DNA of 64,000 bases from Dehalococcoidia bacterium. GTDB taxonomy: Bacteria; Chloroflexota; Dehalococcoidia; Lucifugimonadales; Australimonadaceae. A program made the translations under genes and the position numbers. The notes under the pieces are model-generated. The model was not told where the DNA came from and did not search any database. It worked only from the letters and a program-made list of their open reading frames with translations. The stretch's first letter is position 1. The number at the start of each line of letters is the position of its first letter. The stretch is from positions 2,189,704 to 2,253,703 of the forward strand of contig OZ220477.1 of the NCBI GenBank assembly GCA_965116015.1, given 5' to 3'. This document shows, one piece after another, positions 36,732-45,721 of the stretch.

Positions 36732-38516
36732 ATGAGCGACGGCAAGTTTGATTTCGCGCTGGCGATAGGGGGGGAGGCAGGGCAGGGCATAGCGACTCCC
36801 GGCGACACCCTTGCCAGGCTGTTCGTCCGGCGCGGGCTTCACCTGTCCACCTACAACGCCTACCAGTCGATCATTCGCGGGGGGCACATTTTCCTCACGG
36901 TTCGCGTCTCCGACGAGGAGCTGCTCAGCCACGGCGACAGGCTCGATATGCTGCTGTCGCTGAATCAGGACACGATAGACCGTCATCTTCGCCTTTTGGG
37001 GGAGGGGGCGGTGGCTCTCTACAACAGCGATACGATTACGCCGGGGGAGGCTGCGGACGGGGTGCAGCTCTGCCCGCTGCCGGTGAACGATCTCACGGGG
37101 TCTACGCGTGCGGGGCTTAATCAGAACACGGTGGCGCTGGGGGCGATGATGCATCTGCTCGGGCTTGATTTCTCGATTCTGGAGTCGAGCATCACTCAGC
37201 AGTTCGCTCGCAAGGGTGAGGATGTGGTTAGCGAGAATGTGCGGGTGGCGCTCGCCGGCTATACGCACGCGCAGGAGAATTTCGCGCCGTTCCCGAATCC
37301 GGTTCCGGAGGGGGGGGAGCCGAAGGCGATGTGGTCGGGGAACGAGGCGCTGGCTATGGGAGGGGCGGCGGCAGGGGTGAAGTTCTATGCGGCCTATCCG
37401 ATGAGCCCTTCTACGGGGGTGCTTCACTGGTACGCGCAGCATGCGCGGAATCTGGGGATTATGGTTCGCCAGGTGGAGGATGAGATTGGCGTCGCCAATA
37501 TGGTTATAGGGGCGGCTCACACGGGGGCGCGCGCGATGTGCGCCACGTCGGGCGGGGGTTTCGCTCTGATGACGGAGGCTATCGGAGCGGCGGCGATGAT
37601 GGAGATACCTTGCGTGTTCATCAATGTGCAGCGCGCGGGTCCGTCCACTGGGGTTCCGACGAAGACGGAGCAGGGCGATCTGTGGCAGGCTCTGGGCGCG
37701 AGCCAGGGGGACTTCCAGCGTCTTATCGTCTCGCCGCTCGACGCGCTGGACGCTTTCAACACGGTTCCTGAGGTTTTCAACCTGGCCGACAGGCTTCAGT
37801 GTCCCGCCATCATTCTGTCCGACCTGCTCATATCGGAGGGGCGTTTCAGCGTTGACCCGGAGGCTCTGGATTTCCAGCCGGAGATTGATCGGGGCGAGCT
37901 CATTATGGAGGCGTCCGCGGCCAACGGCAGCCCGTATCTGCGCTATAAGGACACGCCGTCCGGGGTTTCGCCGCGCGCGGTTCCGGGAGTGGAGGGCTAC
38001 ATCCACACGGTGGCGACCGACGAGCACGACGAGGGGTCGCGTTTGCTGTCCGACGAGTTCACGAATCCGCTGAAGCGCCGGGCGGCTGTCGAGAAGCGGG
38101 CGAGGAAGTTCGAGAACGCAAGCAGCCTGATGGCCGCGCCCAGGATCGAGGGGCCTGCGGACGCTGAGGTTACGCTTGTTGGCTGGGGTTCGACGTACGG
38201 GGTTATCAAGGAGGCTATCGCGCAGCTGGCGGAGCGGGGGGTGAAGGCGAATCAGTTGCCGATTAAGTGGCTTGTTCCTTTCCACGCCGAGGATGTGATC
38301 GCCGCGCTCGAAGGGCGGAAGTTCTTTGTGGTGGAGAACAACCACTCGGGGCAGTTCGCGCGTTACCTGCGCAGCGAGACGGGATTGAATGCGGACGCGC
38401 ATATCCACAAGTACGATGGCGAGCCGTTCGCGCCGCACCACATCTCCGACGGCGTCGTTGAGATTCTCGAGAGGGGGTCTGACGTCTTCGTCCCGCAGCA
38501 GGAGATCATCGTTTAG
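36732..38516 (+). CDS. korA: 2-oxoacid:ferredoxin oxidoreductase subunit alpha (gamma+alpha fused)
   Basis: N-terminal gamma-like segment IGGEAGQGI, then the alpha domain GNEALAMGG..AG..FYAAYPMSPST. Confidence 0.85.
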   Translation: MSDGKFDFALAIGGEAGQGIATPGDTLARLFVRRGLHLSTYNAYQSIIRGGHIFLTVRVSDEELLSHGDRLDMLLSLNQDTIDRHLRLLGEGAVALYNSDTITPGEAADGVQLCPLPVNDLTGSTRAGLNQNTVALGAMMHLLGLDFSILESSITQQFARKGEDVVSENVRVALAGYTHAQENFAPFPNPVPEGGEPKAMWSGNEALAMGGAAAGVKFYAAYPMSPSTGVLHWYAQHARNLGIMVRQVEDEIGVANMVIGAAHTGARAMCATSGGGFALMTEAIGAAAMMEIPCVFINVQRAGPSTGVPTKTEQGDLWQALGASQGDFQRLIVSPLDALDAFNTVPEVFNLADRLQCPAIILSDLLISEGRFSVDPEALDFQPEIDRGELIMEASAANGSPYLRYKDTPSGVSPRAVPGVEGYIHTVATDEHDEGSRLLSDEFTNPLKRRAAVEKRARKFENASSLMAAPRIEGPADAEVTLVGWGSTYGVIKEAIAQLAERGVKANQLPIKWLVPFHAEDVIAALEGRKFFVVENNHSGQFARYLRSETGLNADAHIHKYDGEPFAPHHISDGVVEILERGSDVFVPQQEIIV

Positions 38517-38539
38517 CCAATGTCGCCAGCAAGGAGAAC

Positions 38540-39418
38540 GTGATGACGACTATCGAATTGACCGCGAGAGATTTCAAGGGGAGCGTGGATCCCGACTGGT
38601 GCCCCGGGTGCGGAGATTTCGGGGTGCTGAACAGTCTGCAGCGCGCCTGCGCGGAGCTTGGCCGGAAGCCGCATGAGATCGTTACGGTCAGCGGGATCGG
38701 GTGCTCTTCCAACCTGCCGGGCTATATCAACACGTACGGGATGCACACCTTGCATGGGCGCTCGCTCGTCTTCGCCACCGGGGTGAAGATGGCCAATCAC
38801 GAGCTTACGGTCATCGCGACTGGCGGGGACGGGGACGGTTACGGGATCGGGGGGAATCACTTCGTTCATACGGCGCGGCGGAATGTCGATCTCACGTATG
38901 TGGTGATGAACAACCAGATCTACGGGCTTACGACGGGGCAGGTTTCTCCGACGAGCCGGGTGGGGCAGCGGACGAAGAGCACGCCGTTCGGGAGCGTGGA
39001 GTATCCCCTCAACCCGATCACTGCGGCGATTATGAACGGAGCCACGTATGTCGCCCGCGGCTACTCTGGCGATATTCGGCACCTCACTGACCTTATCAAG
39101 GGCGGCATCGAGCATCAGGGGTTCTCGCTTATCGATGTGTTCAGTCCGTGCGTGACCTTTAATCTCGACAACACGCACGCGTTCTTCAAGTCGCGCATCC
39201 GGAAGCTGGAGGACGAGGGGCACGATGCGGGCGATTGGGCCGCTGCTTGCGAGAAGGCGATGGAGTGGGGCGACCAGATCTACGTTGGGAAGTTCTTCGA
39301 GGTGGAGCAGGACTCGCTGAGCGAGCTGGAGCCCGTTCTGCGAGACGGTCCCATGGCCAAGCAGCAGGGCGGGGTAACTCCCGAACAGGCTCAGCGTATC
39401 CTGCAGCGTATGATGTAG
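38540..39418 (+). CDS. korB: 2-oxoacid:ferredoxin oxidoreductase subunit beta (TPP-binding)
   Basis: Contains WCPGCGDFGVL and GGDGDGYGIGGNHF. Confidence 0.9.
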   Translation: MMTTIELTARDFKGSVDPDWCPGCGDFGVLNSLQRACAELGRKPHEIVTVSGIGCSSNLPGYINTYGMHTLHGRSLVFATGVKMANHELTVIATGGDGDGYGIGGNHFVHTARRNVDLTYVVMNNQIYGLTTGQVSPTSRVGQRTKSTPFGSVEYPLNPITAAIMNGATYVARGYSGDIRHLTDLIKGGIEHQGFSLIDVFSPCVTFNLDNTHAFFKSRIRKLEDEGHDAGDWAAACEKAMEWGDQIYVGKFFEVEQDSLSELEPVLRDGPMAKQQGGVTPEQAQRILQRMM

Positions 39419-39536
39419 AGGGGGAAATCGCGTCGCGGAGGGCGCTCCTCCCTTTTCCTTGTGGAGGGGGCGAGTCCCTGCGACGGCTGGGTGGCTCTGC
39501 GTCGCTTGTCGCGAGCGGGCGGCGCCCTACGGAACT

Positions 39537-40475
39537 ATGCTGCTAACCCCCGAACAGCGGGATGAGATAGACGCGCTCCGGAGCGCGCGCAGCGAGACGT
39601 TGCGGGCGACGGTTCCTGCGCTCGAGGCGGCGCTCTACGAGCCGTTCCCTGTGCTCGACCACGGGTTCGTGCGGGTGATCGACTATATGGGAGACGACGG
39701 CGCGGTGGCGCAAGCGGCGCGAGTCTCGTACGGGCGCGGGACGAAACGCGCGCGCGACGATCAGGGGCTCATCAACTATCTGATGCGGAACGGCCATACG
39801 TCGCCGTTCGAGATGTGCGAGATCAAGCTGCACGTGAAGCTGCCCATCTTCGTGGCGCGCCAGTGGATCCGCCATCGCACTGCGAACGTCAACGAGTACT
39901 CGGGGCGCTACTCGGTGCTCGATAGGGAGTTCTATGTTCCCGCACCCGAGCAGCTGGCGGTTCAGTCGGATGCGAACCGGCAGGGTCGCGCGGGGGCGCT
40001 CGAGGCGAGCCGCGCCGCGCAGACGATCGAGCTGCTGCGCGCGGACGCTGAGCGCGCGTTTGAGCATTACTACGCGATGCTCGACGAGGGAGCTGGAGAG
40101 GCGGGCGCGCGCGGGGAGGGGGGTCTCGCGCGCGAGCTGGCGCGCATCGGGTTGCCGCTCAGCGCTTACACGCAGTGGTACTGGAAGACGGATCTTCATA
40201 ATCTGTTGCGGTTCCTGGCGTTGCGCAACGATGCTCACGCGCAGTGGGAGATCCGCGAGTACGCGAGGGTGATTCTCGGGCTGGTGGAGCGCTGGACGCC
40301 GCTTGTGGCCCGCGCGTTCCACAACTACCGCGCCGGGGGAGCGCAGCTGAGCGCGGAGGGGCTCAGCGTGGCGAGGCGGATGCTCGCCGGCGAGACGATC
40401 GACCCGTCGACGCTGGAGATGTCGGCGCGCGAGTGGCGGGAGCTTCGCGCTGTTCTTGGCCTCGACGCTGGGTGA
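39537..40475 (+). CDS. thyX: FAD-dependent thymidylate synthase
   Basis: ThyX motif RHRTANVNEYSGRYS. Confidence 0.9.
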   Translation: MLLTPEQRDEIDALRSARSETLRATVPALEAALYEPFPVLDHGFVRVIDYMGDDGAVAQAARVSYGRGTKRARDDQGLINYLMRNGHTSPFEMCEIKLHVKLPIFVARQWIRHRTANVNEYSGRYSVLDREFYVPAPEQLAVQSDANRQGRAGALEASRAAQTIELLRADAERAFEHYYAMLDEGAGEAGARGEGGLARELARIGLPLSAYTQWYWKTDLHNLLRFLALRNDAHAQWEIREYARVILGLVERWTPLVARAFHNYRAGGAQLSAEGLSVARRMLAGETIDPSTLEMSAREWRELRAVLGLDAG

Positions 40476-40649
40476 GCTCCGGCAGCTCGCCAGCTATTTC
40501 CGCAAGCGGCGACGGACGAGGGGGAGCGGGGACGGCGCTCCGTTGCATCTTTGCTTCAGCGCTCCAAGTTGCTTCGGTTTGCTTCAGCGCGTCTGCCGGG
40601 GGCGTAGGGGGGCAGGGCAGGCTGGCAGCCTCGGGAGGAGGGTGAACAG

Positions 40650-40683
40650 AAAGTCCCCCCGGAGACGTCTCCGGGGGGACTTT
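40650..40683. terminator. Bidirectional intrinsic terminator (perfect palindrome AAAGTCCCCCCGGAGAC/GTCTCCGGGGGGACTTT)
   Basis: The flanking A3 and T3 tracts extend the pairing to 17 bp per arm (14 bp within the G/C-rich core). It lies between the convergent thyX (+) and 40709-41800 (-) genes. Confidence 0.75.
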
Positions 40684-40708
40684 GCGTCGCTGCGGTTGGG
40701 GGCGGGGG

Positions 40709-41800
40709 CTAGGCGGCTACACGGCGTCCGCGGAATACGAGGATGCCACCGCTGAGGACCAGGGCGCCGCCCGCCGCGAGGGCTGCGAGGGCGAGCAGAG
40801 GGAGCGTGGCGTCGCCGGCGGAGGGGGGCTCGCCGAACTCGGGCTTGAACTGGCTGAGGTCTTGGGATTTCTCGTAGACGGTTCGCGCGCCGCCCTCTGC
40901 GCCTGTGCTGCCGGGGCCGTTCTCGCCGTCGGCGTCGTGGCCGTGGAGCATGCGCTCGGAGAGGGAGAGGAGGTTTTCGATTTCCTTGTCGGTGCGGGCG
41001 TCTTGCTCTTCGGCGGCGAGGATGCGGAGCCCGACGTCGCGGACGCGGCGCGCGGCGGCGACGGTTCGGTTGGCTGCGGCCTCGACTTCGGCGGCGGTGT
41101 CTTCGATGCCTTCATCGCCGCCGGCTGCGTTCCGCGCCCTGCCGGCCATAGCGATTACTGCGGGGGCGTGGCCTATGACGCCGTTGCCGTCGCCCATAGC
41201 AACGTCTGCGCTCCGGACGTAGTTTTCGCCTGCGCTGCCCTCGATGAGGTTGATGACGCTCTGGGCGAAGCTCTTCTGTTCGCTGAATGTGAGGTCTTCA
41301 TCCTGGGCGTTCTGGGCGTACATAAGCGCCATAGCCGCCTGGTCGTACATTCCGCGGGCTGCTCCGCCGGCTCCTGCGAGCTGGTTGCTGATGCGCCAGA
41401 CGGCTAGCGGAACGGTGTCGCCGTAGGCGATGTCGCCGGAGGGTTCGGGGTCTGGGTCGGGGTTTGGCTCGATGGTGAGGAGGAATGTTTGGTACTTCGC
41501 GAGCAGGCTCATACCGTCGGGGTCGGTGTAGACGCCGATGGGTTCGGCGTCGCGGCCGTAGACGCCTGTGCTGATCTTGTTGCCCGAGATGTCCATAAGC
41601 CAGCCCTCGTATTGAGAGCCGGGAGAGCGGACAGCGGCGTTGCTCAGGTTGACGACGAGGCTGTCGCTCATTCCGTTGGCGTCGCGGAAGTTTGCGGAGC
41701 CGTCGAGGGCGGCTTCCTGGGCGCTCGCGGCGAGGGTCATGAGCATCGTCAGCATGAGCGCCAAGGCGATACTGGCAGAGAGATTCCGGCGCATGGACAT
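40709..41800 (-). CDS. Secreted/anchored hypothetical protein (signal peptide, RskA-C-like N-domain, C-terminal TM + RGRR tail)
   Basis: Contains MSMRRNLSASIALALMLTMLMTLAASAQE and QYEGWLMD...LLTIEP. The C-terminus reads PLLALAALAAGGALVLSGGILVFRGRR. Confidence 0.6.
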   Translation of the reverse strand: MSMRRNLSASIALALMLTMLMTLAASAQEAALDGSANFRDANGMSDSLVVNLSNAAVRSPGSQYEGWLMDISGNKISTGVYGRDAEPIGVYTDPDGMSLLAKYQTFLLTIEPNPDPDPEPSGDIAYGDTVPLAVWRISNQLAGAGGAARGMYDQAAMALMYAQNAQDEDLTFSEQKSFAQSVINLIEGSAGENYVRSADVAMGDGNGVIGHAPAVIAMAGRARNAAGGDEGIEDTAAEVEAAANRTVAAARRVRDVGLRILAAEEQDARTDKEIENLLSLSERMLHGHDADGENGPGSTGAEGGARTVYEKSQDLSQFKPEFGEPPSAGDATLPLLALAALAAGGALVLSGGILVFRGRRVAA

Positions 41801-42051
41801 TCCGCCTCCTGTTCGTCCGATAGCATACGGCGCGTAGTGTGGGGCATACTGCGGGCGCGGTTCCTGCGGTTTCGCCTTTGGGCGCCGACTTGTTCGCAGG
41901 TTGCCGAGCGCTATGCCCTACCGAAGCAACCGGGGCGTATTATAGAGCATCCGCACGAATCCGCTATAGGCTCCACGCGGCAAACTTTGCGTATTCGGCG
42001 GACAGGGGCGATTAGTCTGCCCGCCTTTCGAGGACGGCGCAAGTGTAGCGG

Positions 42052-42080
42052 TTGACCGTCGCGCGATTCAAGTCTACTCT
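42052..42080 (+). promoter_or_regulatory. Possible promoter of the thiamine salvage operon (TTGACC-17-TACTCT)
   Basis: Hexamers read directly, about 25 nt upstream of the riboswitch. Confidence 0.35.
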
Positions 42081-42104
42081 GTAGCGTAATCGGGACAATT
42101 GCAT

Positions 42105-42205
42105 AGCGTGCTGTTCAGGGGAGCCGGCCCGGCGGGCTGGCTGAGAGGCTTACGAGCGACCCTATGAACCTGACCTGGGTTATGCCAGCGGAGGGAGAGC
42201 GACGT
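42105..42205 (+). promoter_or_regulatory. TPP (THI-box) riboswitch
   Basis: caGGGGAGCc...GCUGAGAggc...ACCCuaUGAACCUGAcCUGGGUuAUGCCAGCGgAGGGAg matches the THI-element consensus. The downstream genes are thiamine-related. Confidence 0.85.
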
Positions 42206-42224
42206 GCGGAATCAGCGTCATAGA

Positions 42225-42255
42225 GCCGCTCCCTGCCCAGGGGGCGGCTTTCGTT
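42225..42255 (+). terminator. Riboswitch expression-platform terminator (GCCGCTCCC-tgccca-GGGGGCGGC + TTTCGTT)
   Basis: 9-bp stem (one G-U pair) followed by a U-rich tract, 17 nt upstream of the ATG at 42272. Confidence 0.6.
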
Positions 42256-42271
42256 ATGCCGGAGGGAATGT

Positions 42272-43774
42272 ATGTCCACGGAGGCATGGGCTCTAGCAGC
42301 GGCTATCGCGACTATGGCTGTGATGTCCGCGGCGGGCGTTGTCTACGCCAGGACGAGGCGGCACACTATCGAGGATTTCATCTCTGCGCGGGGCTCGACG
42401 GGGGGTCTTGCGGCGATGGCGACGACGGCGGCCTCTGTGATGGGGGTGTGGATTCTGTTTGCGCCGGCTGAGACGGGCGCAGACGTGGGGCTCGCGGCGG
42501 TGATCGGCTACGGGGTTGGGCAGGCTGCGCCCATCGCGGCGTTCATTGTTCTGGGCCCGCGTATGCGGAAGCTTGCTCCCAACGGCCATTCGCTGAGCGA
42601 GTTCGCGCTCCAGCGGTACGGGGCTCCGATGTTCCGCCTTACCCTTTGCGTCGTTCTCCTTTATATGTTCCTGCTGCTGGCGGCGGAGATGGGAGCGATC
42701 GCTCGGGCGGTGGATCTCGTCGCGGATGTTCCGCTTCAGCTCACACTGGTTCTTGTCGGGGCGGCGACGCTCGGGTACACCGTGTACGGCGGGCTTCGCG
42801 CGTCGATCTTCACGGACAAGATTCAGTTCGCGGCCATCATTCCGCTTATCCTCATCCTGCTCGTAGCCGCGCTCGTCGATCTTGGGGGGTGGAGCCTGGC
42901 TTTCGACAGGGTTCGCGATGTTGATCCGGACTTGCTCGACCTGGGGAACGCGGGGGGAATCGAGTTCGGGATCACGCTCATCATCGCTATTCTCGCCGCC
43001 GACATCTTCAACCAGGGATTCTGGCAGCGGGTGTATGCGGCGAAGACCGACGGGGACGTCCGCCGTGGGTTCCTGGCGGCGGGCGCGCTTATGATTCCCG
43101 TTATCGTGGGCGTTGGGTTGTTCGGCGTCTGGGCCGCCGGGCTTGGCGTGGTGGACGACGATCGGCCCGCCGCCATCGCGCTGTTCACGCTGGCGATGGA
43201 CGTTCTGCCCGGGTGGGCGCTGGTCGCGCTGACGGCGCTTGCGCTGATGCTGGTGATGAGCAGTATGGATACGCTCCTCAACGGTATGGCGAGCGTGTTC
43301 GCGACCGATCTCTCCCGCTTGCGTCCGGGGGTGGGGATGCTTGCCTCTACGCGGCTCATCACGGGGCTCATCATCGTTCCGGCGGCCATCGTGGGGTTTC
43401 TGTTCGACAGCGTGCTTTATCTCTTCTTCATCGCCGACCTTGCGTGCGCCGGCGCGGTTGTTCCGGTGTTCTCCGGAATGTGGTCGCGGCGGCTCTCCTC
43501 GCGGGGAGCGATGACCGCGTCGTTCTCGGGGATCGCGGCGGGGGCGCTCTTCTTCCCTACGCGCTCGTTTGAGGGGTGGTGGACGTGGGATGCGCTCACG
43601 AACGCGTGGGGGCTGCTGGAGTCCGGCAATCTGCTGGCGAGCTTCCTTGCGGCGGTTGTTGTCTCTTCGGTTGTCGCGGGGCTGTTCGTTCTGGCGGCGC
43701 GGCGGCGGGGCGGGGCGGAGTTCGATCTCGAATCGCTCTCCGCTGAGATACGCCGGCTGGAGAGCGGAGCATGA
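42272..43774 (+). CDS. Sodium:solute symporter (SSS) family transporter, probable thiamine-precursor (HMP) uptake (ThiV-like)
   Basis: 500 aa and about 13 TM segments with an SSS-like N-terminus. It is under the TPP riboswitch and precedes tenA-thiD. Confidence 0.75.
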   Translation: MSTEAWALAAAIATMAVMSAAGVVYARTRRHTIEDFISARGSTGGLAAMATTAASVMGVWILFAPAETGADVGLAAVIGYGVGQAAPIAAFIVLGPRMRKLAPNGHSLSEFALQRYGAPMFRLTLCVVLLYMFLLLAAEMGAIARAVDLVADVPLQLTLVLVGAATLGYTVYGGLRASIFTDKIQFAAIIPLILILLVAALVDLGGWSLAFDRVRDVDPDLLDLGNAGGIEFGITLIIAILAADIFNQGFWQRVYAAKTDGDVRRGFLAAGALMIPVIVGVGLFGVWAAGLGVVDDDRPAAIALFTLAMDVLPGWALVALTALALMLVMSSMDTLLNGMASVFATDLSRLRPGVGMLASTRLITGLIIVPAAIVGFLFDSVLYLFFIADLACAGAVVPVFSGMWSRRLSSRGAMTASFSGIAAGALFFPTRSFEGWWTWDALTNAWGLLESGNLLASFLAAVVVSSVVAGLFVLAARRRGGAEFDLESLSAEIRRLESGA

Positions 43775-44448
43775 CGCCGGAGCAGCCTTTCACGCAGCGG
43801 TTGCGCGCGGCGGCGGCGGACGCGTGGCGGGCGCAGCGCGATAGCGCGTTCATAAGGGGGATCGGCGACGGGTCGCTCGATGTCGGGCGCTTTCAGCACT
43901 GGGTGCGTCAGGATTACCGCTTTCTGATCGAGTATGCGCGGGCGCTGGCGACCGCCGCCGCCCGGGCGCCCGATCTTGCGACGATGACGAAGCTTGCAGG
44001 GCTTGCGAACGAGACGCTGGCTACGGAGATGTCGCTTCACCGCTCCTACGCCGAGGAGTTCGGCATTGGGGCGGAGGAGCTCGAACGCGAGGAGATGGCT
44101 CCGACCTGCCGCGCCTACACGGACTTTCTCGTTCGGGTGGCGTCTACGGGGAGTTTTCCGGAGCTGGTGGGGGCTCTGCTGCCGTGTATGTGGGGGTTCG
44201 CCGAGCTTGGGATTGCGCTCGCGGCGGGGGAGCGTCCGGCGGATCCGCGTTACGCCGCCTGGATCGATATGTATGCGTCCGACGAGTTCGTCGAGCTTGC
44301 CGATTGGTGCAGGGGGCTGATGGACGAGGTTGCCGCTGGCCTCCCCGAGGCGGAGCTCGCCAGGGTGGAAGAGGCGTTCGTAACCAGCAGCCGCTACGAG
44401 TTGTTGTTCTGGGAGATGGCATGGAACAGGGAGCAGTGGCCGGTATGA
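43771..44448 (+). CDS. tenA: Thiaminase II / aminopyrimidine aminohydrolase
   Basis: Contains F...L......W......F...I.DG.L....F..W..QDY.FL (TenA/PqqC fold pattern). Confidence 0.85.
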   Translation: MTPEQPFTQRLRAAAADAWRAQRDSAFIRGIGDGSLDVGRFQHWVRQDYRFLIEYARALATAAARAPDLATMTKLAGLANETLATEMSLHRSYAEEFGIGAEELEREEMAPTCRAYTDFLVRVASTGSFPELVGALLPCMWGFAELGIALAAGERPADPRYAAWIDMYASDEFVELADWCRGLMDEVAAGLPEAELARVEEAFVTSSRYELLFWEMAWNREQWPV

Positions 44449-45248
44449 GAGCGCCGCGCCGGCCGGTGGCGCTGACGATCGCGGGCTCGGACTCTGGGGG
44501 AGGAGCGGGCATTCAGGCCGACCTCAAAACGTTCGCGGCGTTCGAGGTTTACGGGGCGAGCGCGGTTACGGCGGTGACGGCGCAGAACACGCTTGGGGTG
44601 TCTGGCGTCCACGAGACGCCTGTTGATCTGGTCGGCGGGCAGATCGACGCTGTGGCGTCGGACTTGGGGGTTGACGCGGCCAAGACGGGGATGCTCTCCA
44701 GCTCCGGCATCATTGAGGTTGTGGCGGAGCGCGTACGCGCGCGGGGAATCGGCAAGCTTGTTGTCGATCCGGTGATGGTCGCGAAGGGGGGAGACCGGCT
44801 CTTGCGCGAGGATGCGGCGCAGGCGTTGTCGTCGCTGCTTCTGCCGCTGGCTCTGGTCGCGACGCCGAACGCGGACGAGGCGTCCGCGCTGTCCGGACGT
44901 CCGGTGGAGACGCTGCGGCAGGCTCGCGACGCGGCGCGGGCGATCCACGCGCTCGGCTGCCGCTACGTTGTTGTAACGGGAGGCCACTTCGGGGACGACG
45001 CGGTGGATGTGCTGTTCGACGGCTCCGCCATCGTTGAGTTTCCCGCCAAGCGCATCGCCACGTCGAGCACGCACGGCACGGGGTGCACGTACTCGTCCGC
45101 TATTGCGGCGTGCCTGGCGAGGGGCGAGACTGTGGAGAGGGCTGTTGGGCTGGCGAAGATGTATGTGAGCGAGGCGATCGCTTCCGCTTTCCCGGTCGGA
45201 GGGGGGCATGGGCCGCTCAACCACTTTCATCGGTGGTGGAATTCCTAG
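44445..45248 (+). CDS. thiD: Hydroxymethylpyrimidine/phosphomethylpyrimidine kinase
   Basis: Contains VALTIAGSDSGGGAGIQADLKTF and HGTGCTYSSAIAA. The ATG overlaps the tenA stop. Confidence 0.9.
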   Translation: MRAPRRPVALTIAGSDSGGGAGIQADLKTFAAFEVYGASAVTAVTAQNTLGVSGVHETPVDLVGGQIDAVASDLGVDAAKTGMLSSSGIIEVVAERVRARGIGKLVVDPVMVAKGGDRLLREDAAQALSSLLLPLALVATPNADEASALSGRPVETLRQARDAARAIHALGCRYVVVTGGHFGDDAVDVLFDGSAIVEFPAKRIATSSTHGTGCTYSSAIAACLARGETVERAVGLAKMYVSEAIASAFPVGGGHGPLNHFHRWWNS

Positions 45249-45329
45249 CCGTTGTCTGCTATAGTCGCGCCGCTAGCCGCTATCTGTAAGCTGGCGGCTG
45301 CCGCCAACACATAATCTGGAGGCTCTGAG

Positions 45330-45623
45330 GTGGCTACACTACGAAAGGCTGATCTTGCCGTAAAGGTGGCGGAGGAGCTCGAAGGTCCCCGCAGTTTGGG
45401 GGACAAAGCTCTGAATGCTGTTCTCAGCAGCATCGTCGCGGCGCTCGCGAACGGCGACAAGGTCGTCATTACGGGGTTCGGGTCGTTCGAGACGCGGGAC
45501 GTGAAGGAGCGCCAGGTGCGGGCGATTCGGGGACGTCAGGCGGGGGAGCTCATGACGGTGCCGGCCCATAAGCGGGTGGCGTTCTCTCCGGGCTCCGAAC
45601 TTTCCGCCGCCGCTGGCAAGTAA
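45330..45623 (+). CDS. hup: HU-family DNA-binding protein
   Basis: Contains GDKVVITGFGSFETRDVKER, a beta-arm and F.PG..L. GTG start. Confidence 0.85.
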   Translation: MATLRKADLAVKVAEELEGPRSLGDKALNAVLSSIVAALANGDKVVITGFGSFETRDVKERQVRAIRGRQAGELMTVPAHKRVAFSPGSELSAAAGK

Positions 45624-45721
45624 GAACCGCCAGTAGGAACCAGCAAGGGGGGTCGCGCCTCGAAGAGGGGCGGGTCAGCGGCCCGTTCTGCGCTCCGGCG
45701 CCGTTCGGCTACCATACGCCT

